Source: an uncultured Bacteroides sp. (GTDB lineage Bacteria; Bacteroidota; Bacteroidia; Bacteroidales; SM23-62). From it: a stretch of 28,751 nucleotides of DNA. Below the pieces are notes generated by a model. It did no database searches. It worked only from the letters and a program-made list of their open reading frames with translations, and was not told the DNA's origin. Positions 7,491-17,447 of this stretch are shown here, one piece after another (the first letter of the stretch is position 1; each line of letters begins with the position of its first letter). The stretch lies in NCBI GenBank assembly GCA_965603745.1, contig CBFDEE010000001.1, positions 1-28,751 on the forward strand. The letters run 5' to 3'. Both the position numbers and the translations under genes were made by a program.

Positions 7491-8219
7491 TTACTCAGCC
7501 AGGTGTACGAGGGCTTCTTCTGCAGCTTTTTGTTCTGCATCCTTCTTGGAATGCCCCGTACCTGTCCCCAGTTCCTGGTCCACAAGCATAACCTGTGTTG
7601 AGAAAAAGGTCTCGTGTGAATCAGGCTTTGTTTCTTCCTGGCTGATGAAACTTATCTCCTGTTTGTTCTTCTGTGCCCATTCAATGATCCGGCTTTTAAA
7701 GTCCGATTCCTTCCGGGCCAGCCTGTCAACATCCAGGTGCCTTTCCATGATCCTTCCGCACACAAATCTTTTCGTGCGCCGGTACCCTTTATCAAGGTAA
7801 ATAGCGCCGATAAGTGCTTCGAAAGCATTACCCAGAAGGTTTATCCGGGTCTGCTGGGAATTGGTGTTGGATACCAGGAAGGAGGCGATGCCCAGATTAT
7901 AGGCCAGCTTGTTCAGTTGTTTGCGTTTTACGATTTTAGAGCGGAGTTGTGTAAGAAATCCCTCATCCTGCTGGGGGAAATGTGCATACAGGTAATCGGC
8001 GATGATTGCGTCGAGGATCGCATCTCCCAGGTATTCAAGACGCTCATTGTTGATGAGATGCCCGTCTTTGCATATAGTGGAAGCCGATCTGTGGATGAAT
8101 GCAATCTCATAAAGCTTCCTGTTTCCCGGCAGGAACCCAAGTATTTTAGCCAGGGAGAAATAGAAGCTTCTGCTTTTTGAGAAAAGTACTTTAACTAACT
8201 GGTATAGTGAACTGATCAC
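7491..8219 (-). CDS. rnc: Ribonuclease III
   Basis: NERLEYLGDAILD signature, GNAFEALIGAIYLD and a C-terminal dsRBD. Confidence 0.97.
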   Translation of the reverse strand: MISSLYQLVKVLFSKSRSFYFSLAKILGFLPGNRKLYEIAFIHRSASTICKDGHLINNERLEYLGDAILDAIIADYLYAHFPQQDEGFLTQLRSKIVKRKQLNKLAYNLGIASFLVSNTNSQQTRINLLGNAFEALIGAIYLDKGYRRTKRFVCGRIMERHLDVDRLARKESDFKSRIIEWAQKNKQEISFISQEETKPDSHETFFSTQVMLVDQELGTGTGHSKKDAEQKAAEEALVHLAE

Positions 8220-8224
8220 GAAAA

Positions 8225-9475
8225 TCAGGAAATTTCCTTAAAAATAACAGATGTGTTATGTCCCCCGAAACCAAATGTGTTGCTCAGTGCAACATTGATC
8301 TCTCTCTCCTGTGCCTTGTTCAGGGTGAAATTCAGATTATTGTCAAGCTCCGGGTCAGGCGTGGAGTGATTAATGGTCGGGGGTGCTGTATTATTCCGGA
8401 TTGCCAGGATGGCAGCAATGGATTCAATTGCTCCCGCGGCTCCCAGGAGGTGTCCCGTCATGGATTTGGTGGAGCTGATGTTCATCTCGTATGCATGGTC
8501 ACCGAATACATCCTTGATGGCTTTTGCTTCAGAGATGTCACCCAGGGGGGTTGCTGTACCGTGGACATTGATGTAATCAACTTCCCCGGGATCCATTTTC
8601 GCATCCTTCAGGGCATTTCTCATCACCAGCGATGCACCTATTCCATCGGGATGCGGAGCCGTCAGGTGGTATGCATCTGCTGACATGCCACAGCCGACAA
8701 GTTCTGCATAGATCCGGGCACCCCGCTTAACAGCATGCTCATATTCCTCCAGGACAAGCGTGCCGGCTCCTTCTCCCATGACGAATCCGTCCCTGGTCTT
8801 ATCGAAGGGCCTGGAAGCCGTTTTATATTCGTCGTTATTGGTGGACATGGCCTGCATGGAGTTGAAACCGGCAAAACCGCTTTCAATGATGGTAGCCTCT
8901 GACCCGCCGGCTATGAACATATCGGCGTAACCGATACGTATATAAGTAAATGCATCAATAATTGCGTTGGTCGATGAAGCACATGCTGATACTGTTGCGA
9001 AATTCGGACCGCGAAAACCGTATTTCATGGAAACATGGCCGGCGGTTATGTCCGCAATCAATTTTGGGATGAAGAAAGGACTGAATCGCGGCGTTCCGTC
9101 GCCCCTGAAATAGTCCAACAATTCGTTCTGGTAAGTGGTCATACCCCCGATCCCGGATGTATAAATGACTCCCACCCTGTCTTTGTCAACGCTGTCAAGA
9201 TCAACGGATGAATCCTTGATAGCTTCTTCGACGGTTATCAGGGCGTACTGTGCGAAAGGATCCAGCTTTCTCAGCTCTTTCCTGTCAAAATGTACTGTGG
9301 GATCGAAGTTTTTTAATTCGCAGGCAAATTTGGTCTTGTGCTTTTCAGCATCAAAATGGGTAATCCAGTCGGAACTACTCACCCCGTTTTTCAGCCCGTC
9401 CCAAAACTCCTGCTGGTTGTTGCCAATAGGAGTCAGGGCACCAAGTCCGGTTACAACTACCCTTCTCAGCTCCAT
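8225..9475 (-). CDS. fabF: 3-oxoacyl-ACP synthase II
   Basis: RRVVVTGLG, SACAS (Cys), NVHGTAT and KSMTGHLLGAAG (Cys-His-His triad). Confidence 0.97.
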   Translation of the reverse strand: MELRRVVVTGLGALTPIGNNQQEFWDGLKNGVSSSDWITHFDAEKHKTKFACELKNFDPTVHFDRKELRKLDPFAQYALITVEEAIKDSSVDLDSVDKDRVGVIYTSGIGGMTTYQNELLDYFRGDGTPRFSPFFIPKLIADITAGHVSMKYGFRGPNFATVSACASSTNAIIDAFTYIRIGYADMFIAGGSEATIIESGFAGFNSMQAMSTNNDEYKTASRPFDKTRDGFVMGEGAGTLVLEEYEHAVKRGARIYAELVGCGMSADAYHLTAPHPDGIGASLVMRNALKDAKMDPGEVDYINVHGTATPLGDISEAKAIKDVFGDHAYEMNISSTKSMTGHLLGAAGAIESIAAILAIRNNTAPPTINHSTPDPELDNNLNFTLNKAQEREINVALSNTFGFGGHNTSVIFKEIS

Positions 9476-9497
9476 ACCTGCGAAAAATTGGTATTAT

Positions 9498-9734
9498 TTA
9501 TTTAGCGTTTTCTTCTATGTATTTGGTGGCCTCACCTACGGTGGCAATGGTCTCGGCCTGGTCATCGGGGATTCCGATATTGAATTCTTTTTCAAATTCC
9601 ATGATCAGCTCAACCGTGTCAAGGGAATCAGCTCCCAGATCATTTGTGAAGCTAGCTTCGGGAGTAACCTCATTTTCATCAACGCCTAACTTATCAACGA
9701 TGATTGCTTTAACTCTGGATGCAATGTCGGACAT
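9498..9734 (-). CDS. acpP: Acyl carrier protein
   Basis: [12 protein letters not shown] phosphopantetheine attachment motif. Confidence 0.98.
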   Translation of the reverse strand: MSDIASRVKAIIVDKLGVDENEVTPEASFTNDLGADSLDTVELIMEFEKEFNIGIPDDQAETIATVGEATKYIEENAK

Positions 9735-9932
9735 AGTTCTAAGTTTTAATTAATACTTAAGTTTAGTTTTAAAAATGATGGAGCAAAGAAATGTATTTCT
9801 GCCTTAAAAACAAATTAAAAAAACCTTTTAACGAAGTGAAAATATAATAAATTCGCCATAATAAATCATAAAAATTTGTGAAAAGATTCTATTTTGATTT
9901 TATCCTGAATTATTACATATTACTGAAAACCA

Positions 9933-10511
9933 ATGAGAAAGAAACGGATAGCGATTTTTGCTTCGGGTTCCGGCACTAATGCTGCCAGGATCATGTCCCA
10001 CTTCAAGGACAAAAATACGGCCGAAGTGGCCATTATTCTCAGCAACAAACCCGATGCAAAAGTGCTTGAAAGGGCTGCCGCTTTCGGAGTCAGGACCAGG
10101 ATTTTCGACCGGGACACATTTTATGAAAGCACTGAAATTCAGGATATTCTTACGGAACTCAGGATCGACCTTATTGTGCTGGCCGGATTTCTCTGGCTGG
10201 TTCCTGCAGATCTGATCCGTGCATTTCCCAACCGGATGATAAATATCCATCCTGCCCTGCTGCCGAAGTACGGAGGCAAGGGTATGTATGGACGGCATGT
10301 ACATGAGGCTGTGATCGCGAACGGGGACAGGGAATCAGGGATCAGTATTCATTTTGTTAATGAGGTATACGATGATGGCAGGATCATTCTTCAGGCAAAA
10401 TGCCCCGTAAAACCGGAAGATACGCCGGAATCACTGGCAGCACGGATCCATGAACTTGAATACGAGCATTATCCTCTCGTGGTTGAAGACATTCTCGGGC
10501 AGATGGACTGA
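9933..10511 (+). CDS. purN: Phosphoribosylglycinamide formyltransferase
   Basis: IAIFASGSGTN, VLAGFL, INIHPALLPKYGG and EVYDDG. Confidence 0.96.
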   Translation: MRKKRIAIFASGSGTNAARIMSHFKDKNTAEVAIILSNKPDAKVLERAAAFGVRTRIFDRDTFYESTEIQDILTELRIDLIVLAGFLWLVPADLIRAFPNRMINIHPALLPKYGGKGMYGRHVHEAVIANGDRESGISIHFVNEVYDDGRIILQAKCPVKPEDTPESLAARIHELEYEHYPLVVEDILGQMD

Positions 10512-10513
10512 TT

Positions 10514-10545
10514 GGAATCCCTCCCTGGATGGAGGGTAGAATTCC
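10514..10545. terminator. Hairpin between the convergent purN and M23 peptidase genes
   Basis: GGAAT-CCCTCC-CTGGAT-GGAGGG-TAGA-ATTCC; no clear U-tract. Confidence 0.45.
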
Positions 10546-10587
10546 TCCTCCTTTAACTGCAGGCTGATGGCAGTATTTCCTTCTGTT

Positions 10588-11895
10588 TCAGCGGGTGGCT
10601 TCTGCGAAAGATGATTCCGGCGGATTCTCAAATCCTGACGAATCAGGCATGGGGATCGCATCCAGCGTTTTTCTGGCAAGAAGCAGGAGGGAATCATAGG
10701 CCGGGCGGTTCTCTTCTTTTACCGGCTTGACCGGTGGTGCTTTAACCTTCAGGGGATCTATCGGGTAGCCGTTTTTATAAAACCTGAAATCCAGGTGCGG
10801 ACCGGTTGATAATCCGGTACTTCCCACATACCCGATAATATCTCCCTGTTTAACGTAACTCCCGTTCTTGACACCCTTCCCGTACCGGCTAAGGTGAAGG
10901 TATGCAGTGGCATACACAGAATTGTGCTGTATTTTTAACCAGTTACCGTTGCCTTTGGAATACCCTGTTTTTATGATCTTCCCGTCCCCGACCGCATGAA
11001 CGGGAGTACCTATGGGTGCGGCATAATCAACGCCAAGATGTGGCCTGCGGTATTTCAGGATAGGGTGCATGCGGCTGTGCGAGTACCGGGAACTGATCCT
11101 TGAGAATCGGAGAGGAGCTTTCAGGAAGGCTTTCCTGAGACTGTTCCCTTCCTGGTCATAGAAAGATTCGACACTGTCCTGCACGAACGGCACTGCATAA
11201 AATTCTTCATTGGCATGATAGAAAACCGCCCCGAGTATTTTCCCGAGGCCGATATAATTAGTGTCAACGAATTGTTCCTCGTAAGATACCTTAAAACCAT
11301 CCCCTTCCTTGAGTCCGAAAAAATCAATGCTCCAGGCATAGATTTCTGATAATTCGAAGGCAAGCATGGGATCCAGGCCGTTATCCACCATCGTATTCCA
11401 TAGCGATGAGGTAATTATACCGGATGTCTCCCTGGTCTGAAGGCGGACCTCTTTTTCCTGCCTGCTTACAACAATGCTGTCTACAAGACTGAACATAATA
11501 TAATCGACCTGAGTATGTTCATATACAAAGTGGACTACCCGGTGCATCGTATCCTTTGAGCAGAATACCTTGTAAGGATTTCCCATCCGTATTTTTCTGA
11601 GGTCAAAGATCCCGGATGAAGCCAGCATAAGCCTGTAGACCGAATCATGTGAGACACCGTAGCTGTTCAGAATTGTTCCGAGCGTCTGGTCCCTCTTTAC
11701 CTTACCGTTAATTATATAAAAGGAGTCTACAGCAAGCCCGTATTCCCTGATAACAACCTGCTGGCTATCGAGGCTGTCATTGTATCCAACCACAATTGCT
11801 TCTGCTGATTTATGAGGCCTGGCAAAAAATATTACGGCACTGGTGATTACACCCCCAACAATAAACAACAGGATCAGTCTTGATATTGCACGCAC
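10588..11895 (-). CDS. M23-family peptidoglycan DD-metalloendopeptidase (MepM/Csd3-like)
   Basis: N-terminal TM anchor, RPHLGVDYAAP (HxxxD), YLHLS and GPHLDF. Confidence 0.92.
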   Translation of the reverse strand: MRAISRLILLFIVGGVITSAVIFFARPHKSAEAIVVGYNDSLDSQQVVIREYGLAVDSFYIINGKVKRDQTLGTILNSYGVSHDSVYRLMLASSGIFDLRKIRMGNPYKVFCSKDTMHRVVHFVYEHTQVDYIMFSLVDSIVVSRQEKEVRLQTRETSGIITSSLWNTMVDNGLDPMLAFELSEIYAWSIDFFGLKEGDGFKVSYEEQFVDTNYIGLGKILGAVFYHANEEFYAVPFVQDSVESFYDQEGNSLRKAFLKAPLRFSRISSRYSHSRMHPILKYRRPHLGVDYAAPIGTPVHAVGDGKIIKTGYSKGNGNWLKIQHNSVYATAYLHLSRYGKGVKNGSYVKQGDIIGYVGSTGLSTGPHLDFRFYKNGYPIDPLKVKAPPVKPVKEENRPAYDSLLLLARKTLDAIPMPDSSGFENPPESSFAEATR

Positions 11896-11910
11896 TTTAA
11901 TCTGTATTTG

Positions 11911-14565
11911 TCAAACAACAACGTTAATGATCTTTCCCTTCACAACGATGATCTTTTTGGGTTTTCCGCCGTTCAGCCATTTTTGTGCGGTTTCATGTTC
12001 GATCACCCGCTGTTCAATCTCTTCTGCAGGCATGGTGAGCGGAAGTTCAAGTTTGAACCTCAGTTTTCCGTTGAAGGAGACCGGGTACTCGAATACATCT
12101 TCTTTCAGGAGTTCCTCATCATAATCAGGAAAGGGCTGTACGGCAATTGAAGGAGTATTGCCCAGGACTTCCCAGATCTCTTCTGCCAGGTGAGGTGCAA
12201 ACGGCGCCAGAACCTTTGCAAACTGGCCTGCAGTTTCATTGTTAACCTTCCCTTTCTTAATGCAGAGATTGGTAAAGATCATCATCTGGGAAATGGCGGT
12301 ATTGAACCTCAATCCTTCGATGTCCTGTCCGACCTTCCTGATAGTCTGGTGCAGTACCTTGCTTATCTCCTGGTCTTCAGCACCTTCCAGGATATTATTC
12401 TTGTCGGCAAAGAACCTGTATGCCCTGCCGAGAAACCCGAATACTCCCTTTACTCCCTGTTCGGACCAGGGTTTGGTGGCTTCCAGCGGTCCCATGAACA
12501 TTTCGTACAGGCGCAGGGAGTCGGCCCCGTAACTGGCCACAACATCATCCGGGTTAATGACGTTTTTGAGGGATTTGGACATTTTTGCCACGATCTGCCC
12601 GAGCTCCTCCCCGGTCTGCTTATGAAAATACTTATCGCCCCTCTCCTCGACCAGGTTGCTGCTTACTTTGGCCCCGGCCGCTGTTTCATAGGCAAAGGCA
12701 AGGATCATTCCCTGGTTAAACAGTTTCATGTAAGGTTCATTTGTCGATACAATTCCCAGGTCAAAAAGTGCCTTATGCCAGAACCGGCTGTACAACAGGT
12801 GCAAAACTGCGTGTTCGGCCCCGCCTATGTATAGGTCGACAGGCATCCAATAGGCTTCCTTTTCCGCGGAGAAGGGCGCCTCATCGTTACCGGCATCAAG
12901 ATACCTGAGGTAATACCAGCATGAACCGGCCCACTGAGGCATTGTGTTGGTTTCCCGCCGGCCCTTCCTGCCATTGCTGTCCGTGACATTTAGCCATTCC
13001 GCTGCATTGGAGAGGGCGGATTCGCCGTTTTCGCCGGGTTCATAATTCTCCATTTCAGGCAGTCTGAGGGGCAGGTCTTCGTTCTGCATCATCTCAATTT
13101 CCCCGTCTTCCCAGTGGATGACAGGAAAGGGTTCTCCCCAGTAGCGCTGCCGGCTGAACAGCCAGTCCCGCATCTTGTAATTCACCTTCTCTTCACCCAG
13201 TCTCTTTTCCTCGAGCCATCCAATGGTTTTGCGGATCCCTTCCTCCTTGCGCAATCCGTTGATGTCCAGTCCACTGACAGCATGTGAGGAATTAATAAAA
13301 ACACCATCTTCCTCCCAGCATTCTTCAGCCCTGAGAACCCTGGCACGGGTTTCCGGGTCCGCATCCTCGGGATCGAGTATCGGTACGATTGGCAGGCCGA
13401 AAGTATTGGCAAATTCAAAGTCACGCATATCGTTTGACGGGACTGACATGATCGCCCCTGTACCATAACCGGTCAGAACGTAATCGGCGATCCAGATTGG
13501 TATTTTCTCAAGGTTGACCGGGTTGACGGCATACGAGCCGGTGAAAACCCCGGTTTTCTCCTTTGCAAGGTCGGTACGGTCCAGGTCGGATTTAAGGACT
13601 GACTTTCTCACATAATCATCCACCTCCTTTTTCCTGCCTGCCTCCGTAATCTCTCCGACCATCTCATGTTCGGGAGCAAGGACCATATAGGTGGCGCCGA
13701 ACAGGGTATCGGGCCGTGTGGTAAAAACCCTCAATTTGCGTCTGCTTCCTTCGATCTCAAAATCAACTTCGGCTCCGGTGGACTTGCCAATCCAGTTTTT
13801 CTGCATATCCTTGATCCCAACCGGCCAGTCCAGGTCCTCAAGTCCCCCGAGCAGCCGTTCCGCATACAGCGGTATCCTCAGCATCCACTGTTTCAGATTC
13901 CGCTTGCTGACCAGATTCCCGCATTTCTCATGGCTGCCGTCCGTAAGGACTTCCTCGTTGGCACAGACGATCTGGCAATCTTCGCAGTACCAGACCTGTG
14001 CATCATCATAATATGCCAGCCTGTGCGATGCAGTATATTCCCTGACCGCAGTTTTTCCCTGTGCAGTGATCTCATCAGGGATGGGAAGTTCTTCGATCGG
14101 CCTGCCCTTTTGCTGTTCCTGGTCGAACCAGGTATTGTAAAGCCTGATGAAAATCCACTGGGTCCATTTGAAATACCCGGGATCCGTAGTGTTTACTTCC
14201 CTGTCCCAGTCATAGCCCAGTCCAAGGGACTTGATCTGCCTCCTGAACGTATCGCAGTTCTTATTCGTAATTACAGCCGGGTGCGTCCCCGTTTCGATGG
14301 CATACTGTTCCGCCGGGAGCCCGAAGGCATCCCATCCCATGGGGTGCAGGACATTAAATCCCTTCATCTTTTTATATCGTGCTACGATGTCGGTGGCCGT
14401 ATAACCTTCGGGATGACCGACATGCAAACCGCTTCCGGAAGGGTAGGGGAACATATCCAGTATATAATACTTGGGACGGGAAGGATCCATCTTCACACTG
14501 AAGGTCCTGTCCTCTTCCCAGAACTTCTGCCACTTCTTTTCTATCTCTGAAAAATTGTAATCCAT
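11911..14565 (-). CDS. leuS: Leucine--tRNA ligase
   Basis: MFPYPSG.GLHVGH (HIGH), KMSKS, CP1 editing motifs FTTRPDT and GTGAIMSVP, and DLYIGGAEHA. Confidence 0.98.
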   Translation of the reverse strand: MDYNFSEIEKKWQKFWEEDRTFSVKMDPSRPKYYILDMFPYPSGSGLHVGHPEGYTATDIVARYKKMKGFNVLHPMGWDAFGLPAEQYAIETGTHPAVITNKNCDTFRRQIKSLGLGYDWDREVNTTDPGYFKWTQWIFIRLYNTWFDQEQQKGRPIEELPIPDEITAQGKTAVREYTASHRLAYYDDAQVWYCEDCQIVCANEEVLTDGSHEKCGNLVSKRNLKQWMLRIPLYAERLLGGLEDLDWPVGIKDMQKNWIGKSTGAEVDFEIEGSRRKLRVFTTRPDTLFGATYMVLAPEHEMVGEITEAGRKKEVDDYVRKSVLKSDLDRTDLAKEKTGVFTGSYAVNPVNLEKIPIWIADYVLTGYGTGAIMSVPSNDMRDFEFANTFGLPIVPILDPEDADPETRARVLRAEECWEEDGVFINSSHAVSGLDINGLRKEEGIRKTIGWLEEKRLGEEKVNYKMRDWLFSRQRYWGEPFPVIHWEDGEIEMMQNEDLPLRLPEMENYEPGENGESALSNAAEWLNVTDSNGRKGRRETNTMPQWAGSCWYYLRYLDAGNDEAPFSAEKEAYWMPVDLYIGGAEHAVLHLLYSRFWHKALFDLGIVSTNEPYMKLFNQGMILAFAYETAAGAKVSSNLVEERGDKYFHKQTGEELGQIVAKMSKSLKNVINPDDVVASYGADSLRLYEMFMGPLEATKPWSEQGVKGVFGFLGRAYRFFADKNNILEGAEDQEISKVLHQTIRKVGQDIEGLRFNTAISQMMIFTNLCIKKGKVNNETAGQFAKVLAPFAPHLAEEIWEVLGNTPSIAVQPFPDYDEELLKEDVFEYPVSFNGKLRFKLELPLTMPAEEIEQRVIEHETAQKWLNGGKPKKIIVVKGKIINVVV

Positions 14566-14621
14566 AACCGGCTATGATTCTGTAGTTTAAATATTCTGCC
14601 CGACGCCCGGCAAAAGATTTA

Positions 14622-14629
14622 CAAAAGTA
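14622..14629 (-). promoter_or_regulatory. -7 element TACTTTTG for leuS
   Basis: Exact TAnnTTTG match about 57 nt upstream of leuS. Confidence 0.5.
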
Positions 14630-14675
14630 AAAAACTTATGCATAGTAACATACTGCGCCAAATGCTAATTTTTCC

Positions 14676-14683
14676 TAAATTTG
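14676..14683 (+). promoter_or_regulatory. -7 element TAAATTTG for tRNA-Arg
   Basis: Exact TAnnTTTG match about 95 nt upstream of the tRNA. Confidence 0.55.
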
Positions 14684-14778
14684 CACCGCGTTGCAGGAGC
14701 AGCCGTGCGGGCATACCAGCCAACGTCCACACTCTTGCCCGCCACACCCACACTTCACACCCAAACCCATGCTTTCAT

Positions 14779-14852
14779 GGTCCCGTAGTTCAATTGGATA
14801 GAATGCCAGATTCCGGTTCTGGTGGTTGTGGGTTCGAGTCCCGCCGGGATCA
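14779..14852 (+). tRNA. tRNA-Arg (anticodon CCG), CCA not encoded
   Basis: Acceptor GGTCCCG/CGGGATC, D arm GTTC..GAAT, anticodon arm CCAGA-TTCCGGT-TCTGG, T arm GTGGG-TTCGAGT-CCCGC. Confidence 0.97.
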
Positions 14853-14856
14853 CTAC

Positions 14857-14890
14857 AAATCCCTGTAAATATCTTATTTGCAGGGGTTTT
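14857..14890 (+). terminator. Hairpin/terminator after tRNA-Arg, also the left-end motif of the islet
   Basis: AAATCCCTGTAAAT-ATCTT-ATTTGCAGGGGTTT(T), a 14-bp stem with two G-U pairs. Confidence 0.7.
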
Positions 14891-15203
14891 GGCTTTGTTG
14901 TTGTCACCCTTGTTGTCATCAATAATGCCTATATGCAAATTCCCGAAACCATTAAAGTTAGTTTGTTATTTACTTCAATTAATTAATTATTGGCTGGTTT
15001 AATGTCACCTATAAACAAGTTATGCTGAATTTCAATGAAGATATTAAGATTAAAAATGAAAAAAAGTAGCAGGATTAGAATCAGTTAGTGGAAATACACT
15101 TATATTTTCTTCAATTAAATCTGCCAGTTTTTGAAAGCAATGGTTCAACAGATCAATAAGCAAATGCTGTCAAATCCTCGGAACATTAGCGATAACGATA
15201 GTT

Positions 15204-16275
15204 ATGAATATTAATGAAGTGGATTCACGTCGTGACTTGAGGGACTTTATTGAATTCCCGTATTAATTATATAGAAAAGATCCTGTTTGGATACCTCCTT
15301 TGAGGAGAGAGCAAAAAGCCCAATTTAACCCAAAAAATAATCCATTTCTGGAGCATTGTGAATGGCAGCTCTTTCTGTTAAAAGACGAAGGAAAAGTAAT
15401 AGGACGAATTGCAGCATTTATAGACAATCTGGCCATTGATTTCTGGAAGGAGCGAATTGGTTTATTCGGTTACTTTGAATGTATACAGGATGAATCTGCA
15501 TCCAGAATGCTATTGAATGCTGCAAAAAATTGGCTGCAGAAATTACAATGTTCCTGTATGAGAGGTCCATGGAGTTACGTTTCCCAGGAATGGGGTATGG
15601 TTTTGGAAGGATTCAAACCTTCACCTGTAATTATGGCACCATACAATCCTCCTTTTTATAATAAACATTTGACTGATTATGGCCTGAAAAAGGTTATCGG
15701 ATCCCTGAACGTATCCTGACATTGACCGATGCAGTTGCTGAACGCTACGGCACCAAAATTCGTCAAATGAATATGAAGAAATACAATCAGGAAATTCTAA
15801 ACCTCATTGATTTATCAATAATTGTCTCACTGAAAACTGGGGATACTCGACTGCAACTGAAGCCGAAGGGATGGCAATGGCGCAGGATATGAAACGAATC
15901 ATACAGCCTAAGGGTGTTCTTTTTGCGGAAGATAAAAGCGGACGTCAGATAGGATTTGCAATTGTTCTGCCGGATATAAATTTTCTTCTAAAAGGGATGA
16001 ACGGACGTATATTTCCATTTGGTTTTATAAAACTATTATGGGGAATTCCAGGATTGAGGCGGTATCGAATGTTTGCATTAGGTGTTATCCCTGAATACCA
16101 AAGCAAGGCTGTGGATAGTCTCATTTATCGTGCATTAAATAAATCGCTCTATTCAAAGGATCTATGGATGGAAATCAACTATGTTCTGGAAGATAACATG
16201 ATAATGGTTAACGCTATGAAAAAACTGGAAGCAAAGTCTTCAAGACGTTATCGGGTCTATGAGATGGAAATCTGA
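15204..16275 (+). pseudogene. Degraded YghO/bacterial ceramide synthase (bCerS)-like GNAT acyltransferase
   Basis: FIEFPY*LYRKDPVWIPPL (TAA at 15264-15266), then KNNPFLEH, GRIAAFID, GLFGYFEC, RGP and YNPPFY. Frameshift/deletion near 15692 (middle frame GYRIPERI..VAERYG) and frameshift near 15817 (ENWGY..); ends RRYRVYEMEI. Confidence 0.85.
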
Positions 16276-16310
16276 TAATATAAGGGTGTTCAATGTCTCT
16301 CTGTGATTTG

Positions 16311-17447
16311 TTATTTCGTCAATATTTGGTCAATTAAAATTATTGTTTTCGTCAGAGATCTATGATTGTTGCTAATACGAACATAATATGATCCCCTGTT
16401 CAGAGAGGTCATATTTAGTGTAAGTGAGTTTTTATGCTTTGGAATGTTAACTTCAAATATCTTAGTCCCCTGAGGTGAGAATATTTCAGCTTTCATAGCA
16501 TCATGCTCCAGTTCATTAAGTTGAATTGAAATTTTATCTGAACAGGGATTCGGATACATGTTAAAATCGATTGCGAAATTATTAATATAGCTCATCGGTT
16601 GAACAGGGCTTTCAGCCAAGGTATCCAGTTCACTTAATGGAACAAACTCATAATTAAGAATGTGTTCTTGAGGAAAATGAGTGAATACCACTGCAAAATT
16701 GTTTGTGTCAGGAAATGTCCCTACCATGCCCGAGGCAATAAACTGAATACTGTCTTCAATAGAATATTCGATATTAATATCCGTACGATCACCAGCAATG
16801 CAATAAACTGGAATTCCTTTGTTTTTAACTTTTTGTAGTTCCGGATACACCTCATCGAAAAAATTGGAGGAGCTTAAATTTCTTGAACTTGATGCTACAG
16901 AATCTTTCAGATGTGCCAGATCCGGATTGTTGGCCATCCAGAGTATTCTGTGATGCATGAGCACTAAATAATCTGAGTTTTTTATTGTATCTGCTACGGC
17001 TTTGATTAAATCGAGTTGTGAACCGGAAATATCAGGTGTGCTTAATTCTGTATCCAATACAATAAAAGTGAGATTATTTCTGCTAAAAAAATAGTACCTG
17101 TCTTTTTTCGTATATGAAAGAAGACTGGCTAAATCATCAATATCATGGTTTCCTATCGCCAGGTGGGTATTTGTATCACCGAGATTAAAAATAGTATCAC
17201 AATATTCTAATGTGCTGATCAGTTCCGATGTATTCCAGGTTAAATCTCCTCCCAGCAATAGTAATTCAAACTTTGAATAATCTAATTTTTCTACTGTTTT
17301 AAGTACATACTCATGGTCTCTGTCATCGTATCTTGGATGGCCCATAAACAAATACTGAATAGTATCGGTTTGCGCTTTTAAGGCAATAGAACAAAATGTT
17401 GCCAAAACAAAAAGTGAATAAAGAAATATTCTTTTTGGGACTTTCAT
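16311..17447 (-). CDS. Calcineurin-like metallophosphoesterase with a T9SS type-A C-terminal sorting domain
   Basis: Signal peptide, GGDL, IGNHDI, VLDT and MHHRI motifs. C-terminal MYPNPC...G.YYVRI...TKTII. Confidence 0.85.
   Translation of the reverse strand: MKVPKRIFLYSLFVLATFCSIALKAQTDTIQYLFMGHPRYDDRDHEYVLKTVEKLDYSKFELLLLGGDLTWNTSELISTLEYCDTIFNLGDTNTHLAIGNHDIDDLASLLSYTKKDRYYFFSRNNLTFIVLDTELSTPDISGSQLDLIKAVADTIKNSDYLVLMHHRILWMANNPDLAHLKDSVASSSRNLSSSNFFDEVYPELQKVKNKGIPVYCIAGDRTDINIEYSIEDSIQFIASGMVGTFPDTNNFAVVFTHFPQEHILNYEFVPLSELDTLAESPVQPMSYINNFAIDFNMYPNPCSDKISIQLNELEHDAMKAEIFSPQGTKIFEVNIPKHKNSLTLNMTSLNRGSYYVRISNNHRSLTKTIILIDQILTK

Noticed and set aside
12190-14550. Long plus-strand ORFs antisense to leuS (214 aa and 294 aa)
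   Set aside because: These are shadow ORFs of a GC-rich, codon-biased gene. They have no recognisable motifs and lie entirely opposite an essential CDS.
15264-15822. Programmed readthrough or frameshifting in the GNAT gene
   Set aside because: Three independent lesions, including apparently missing sequence, are better explained by decay.
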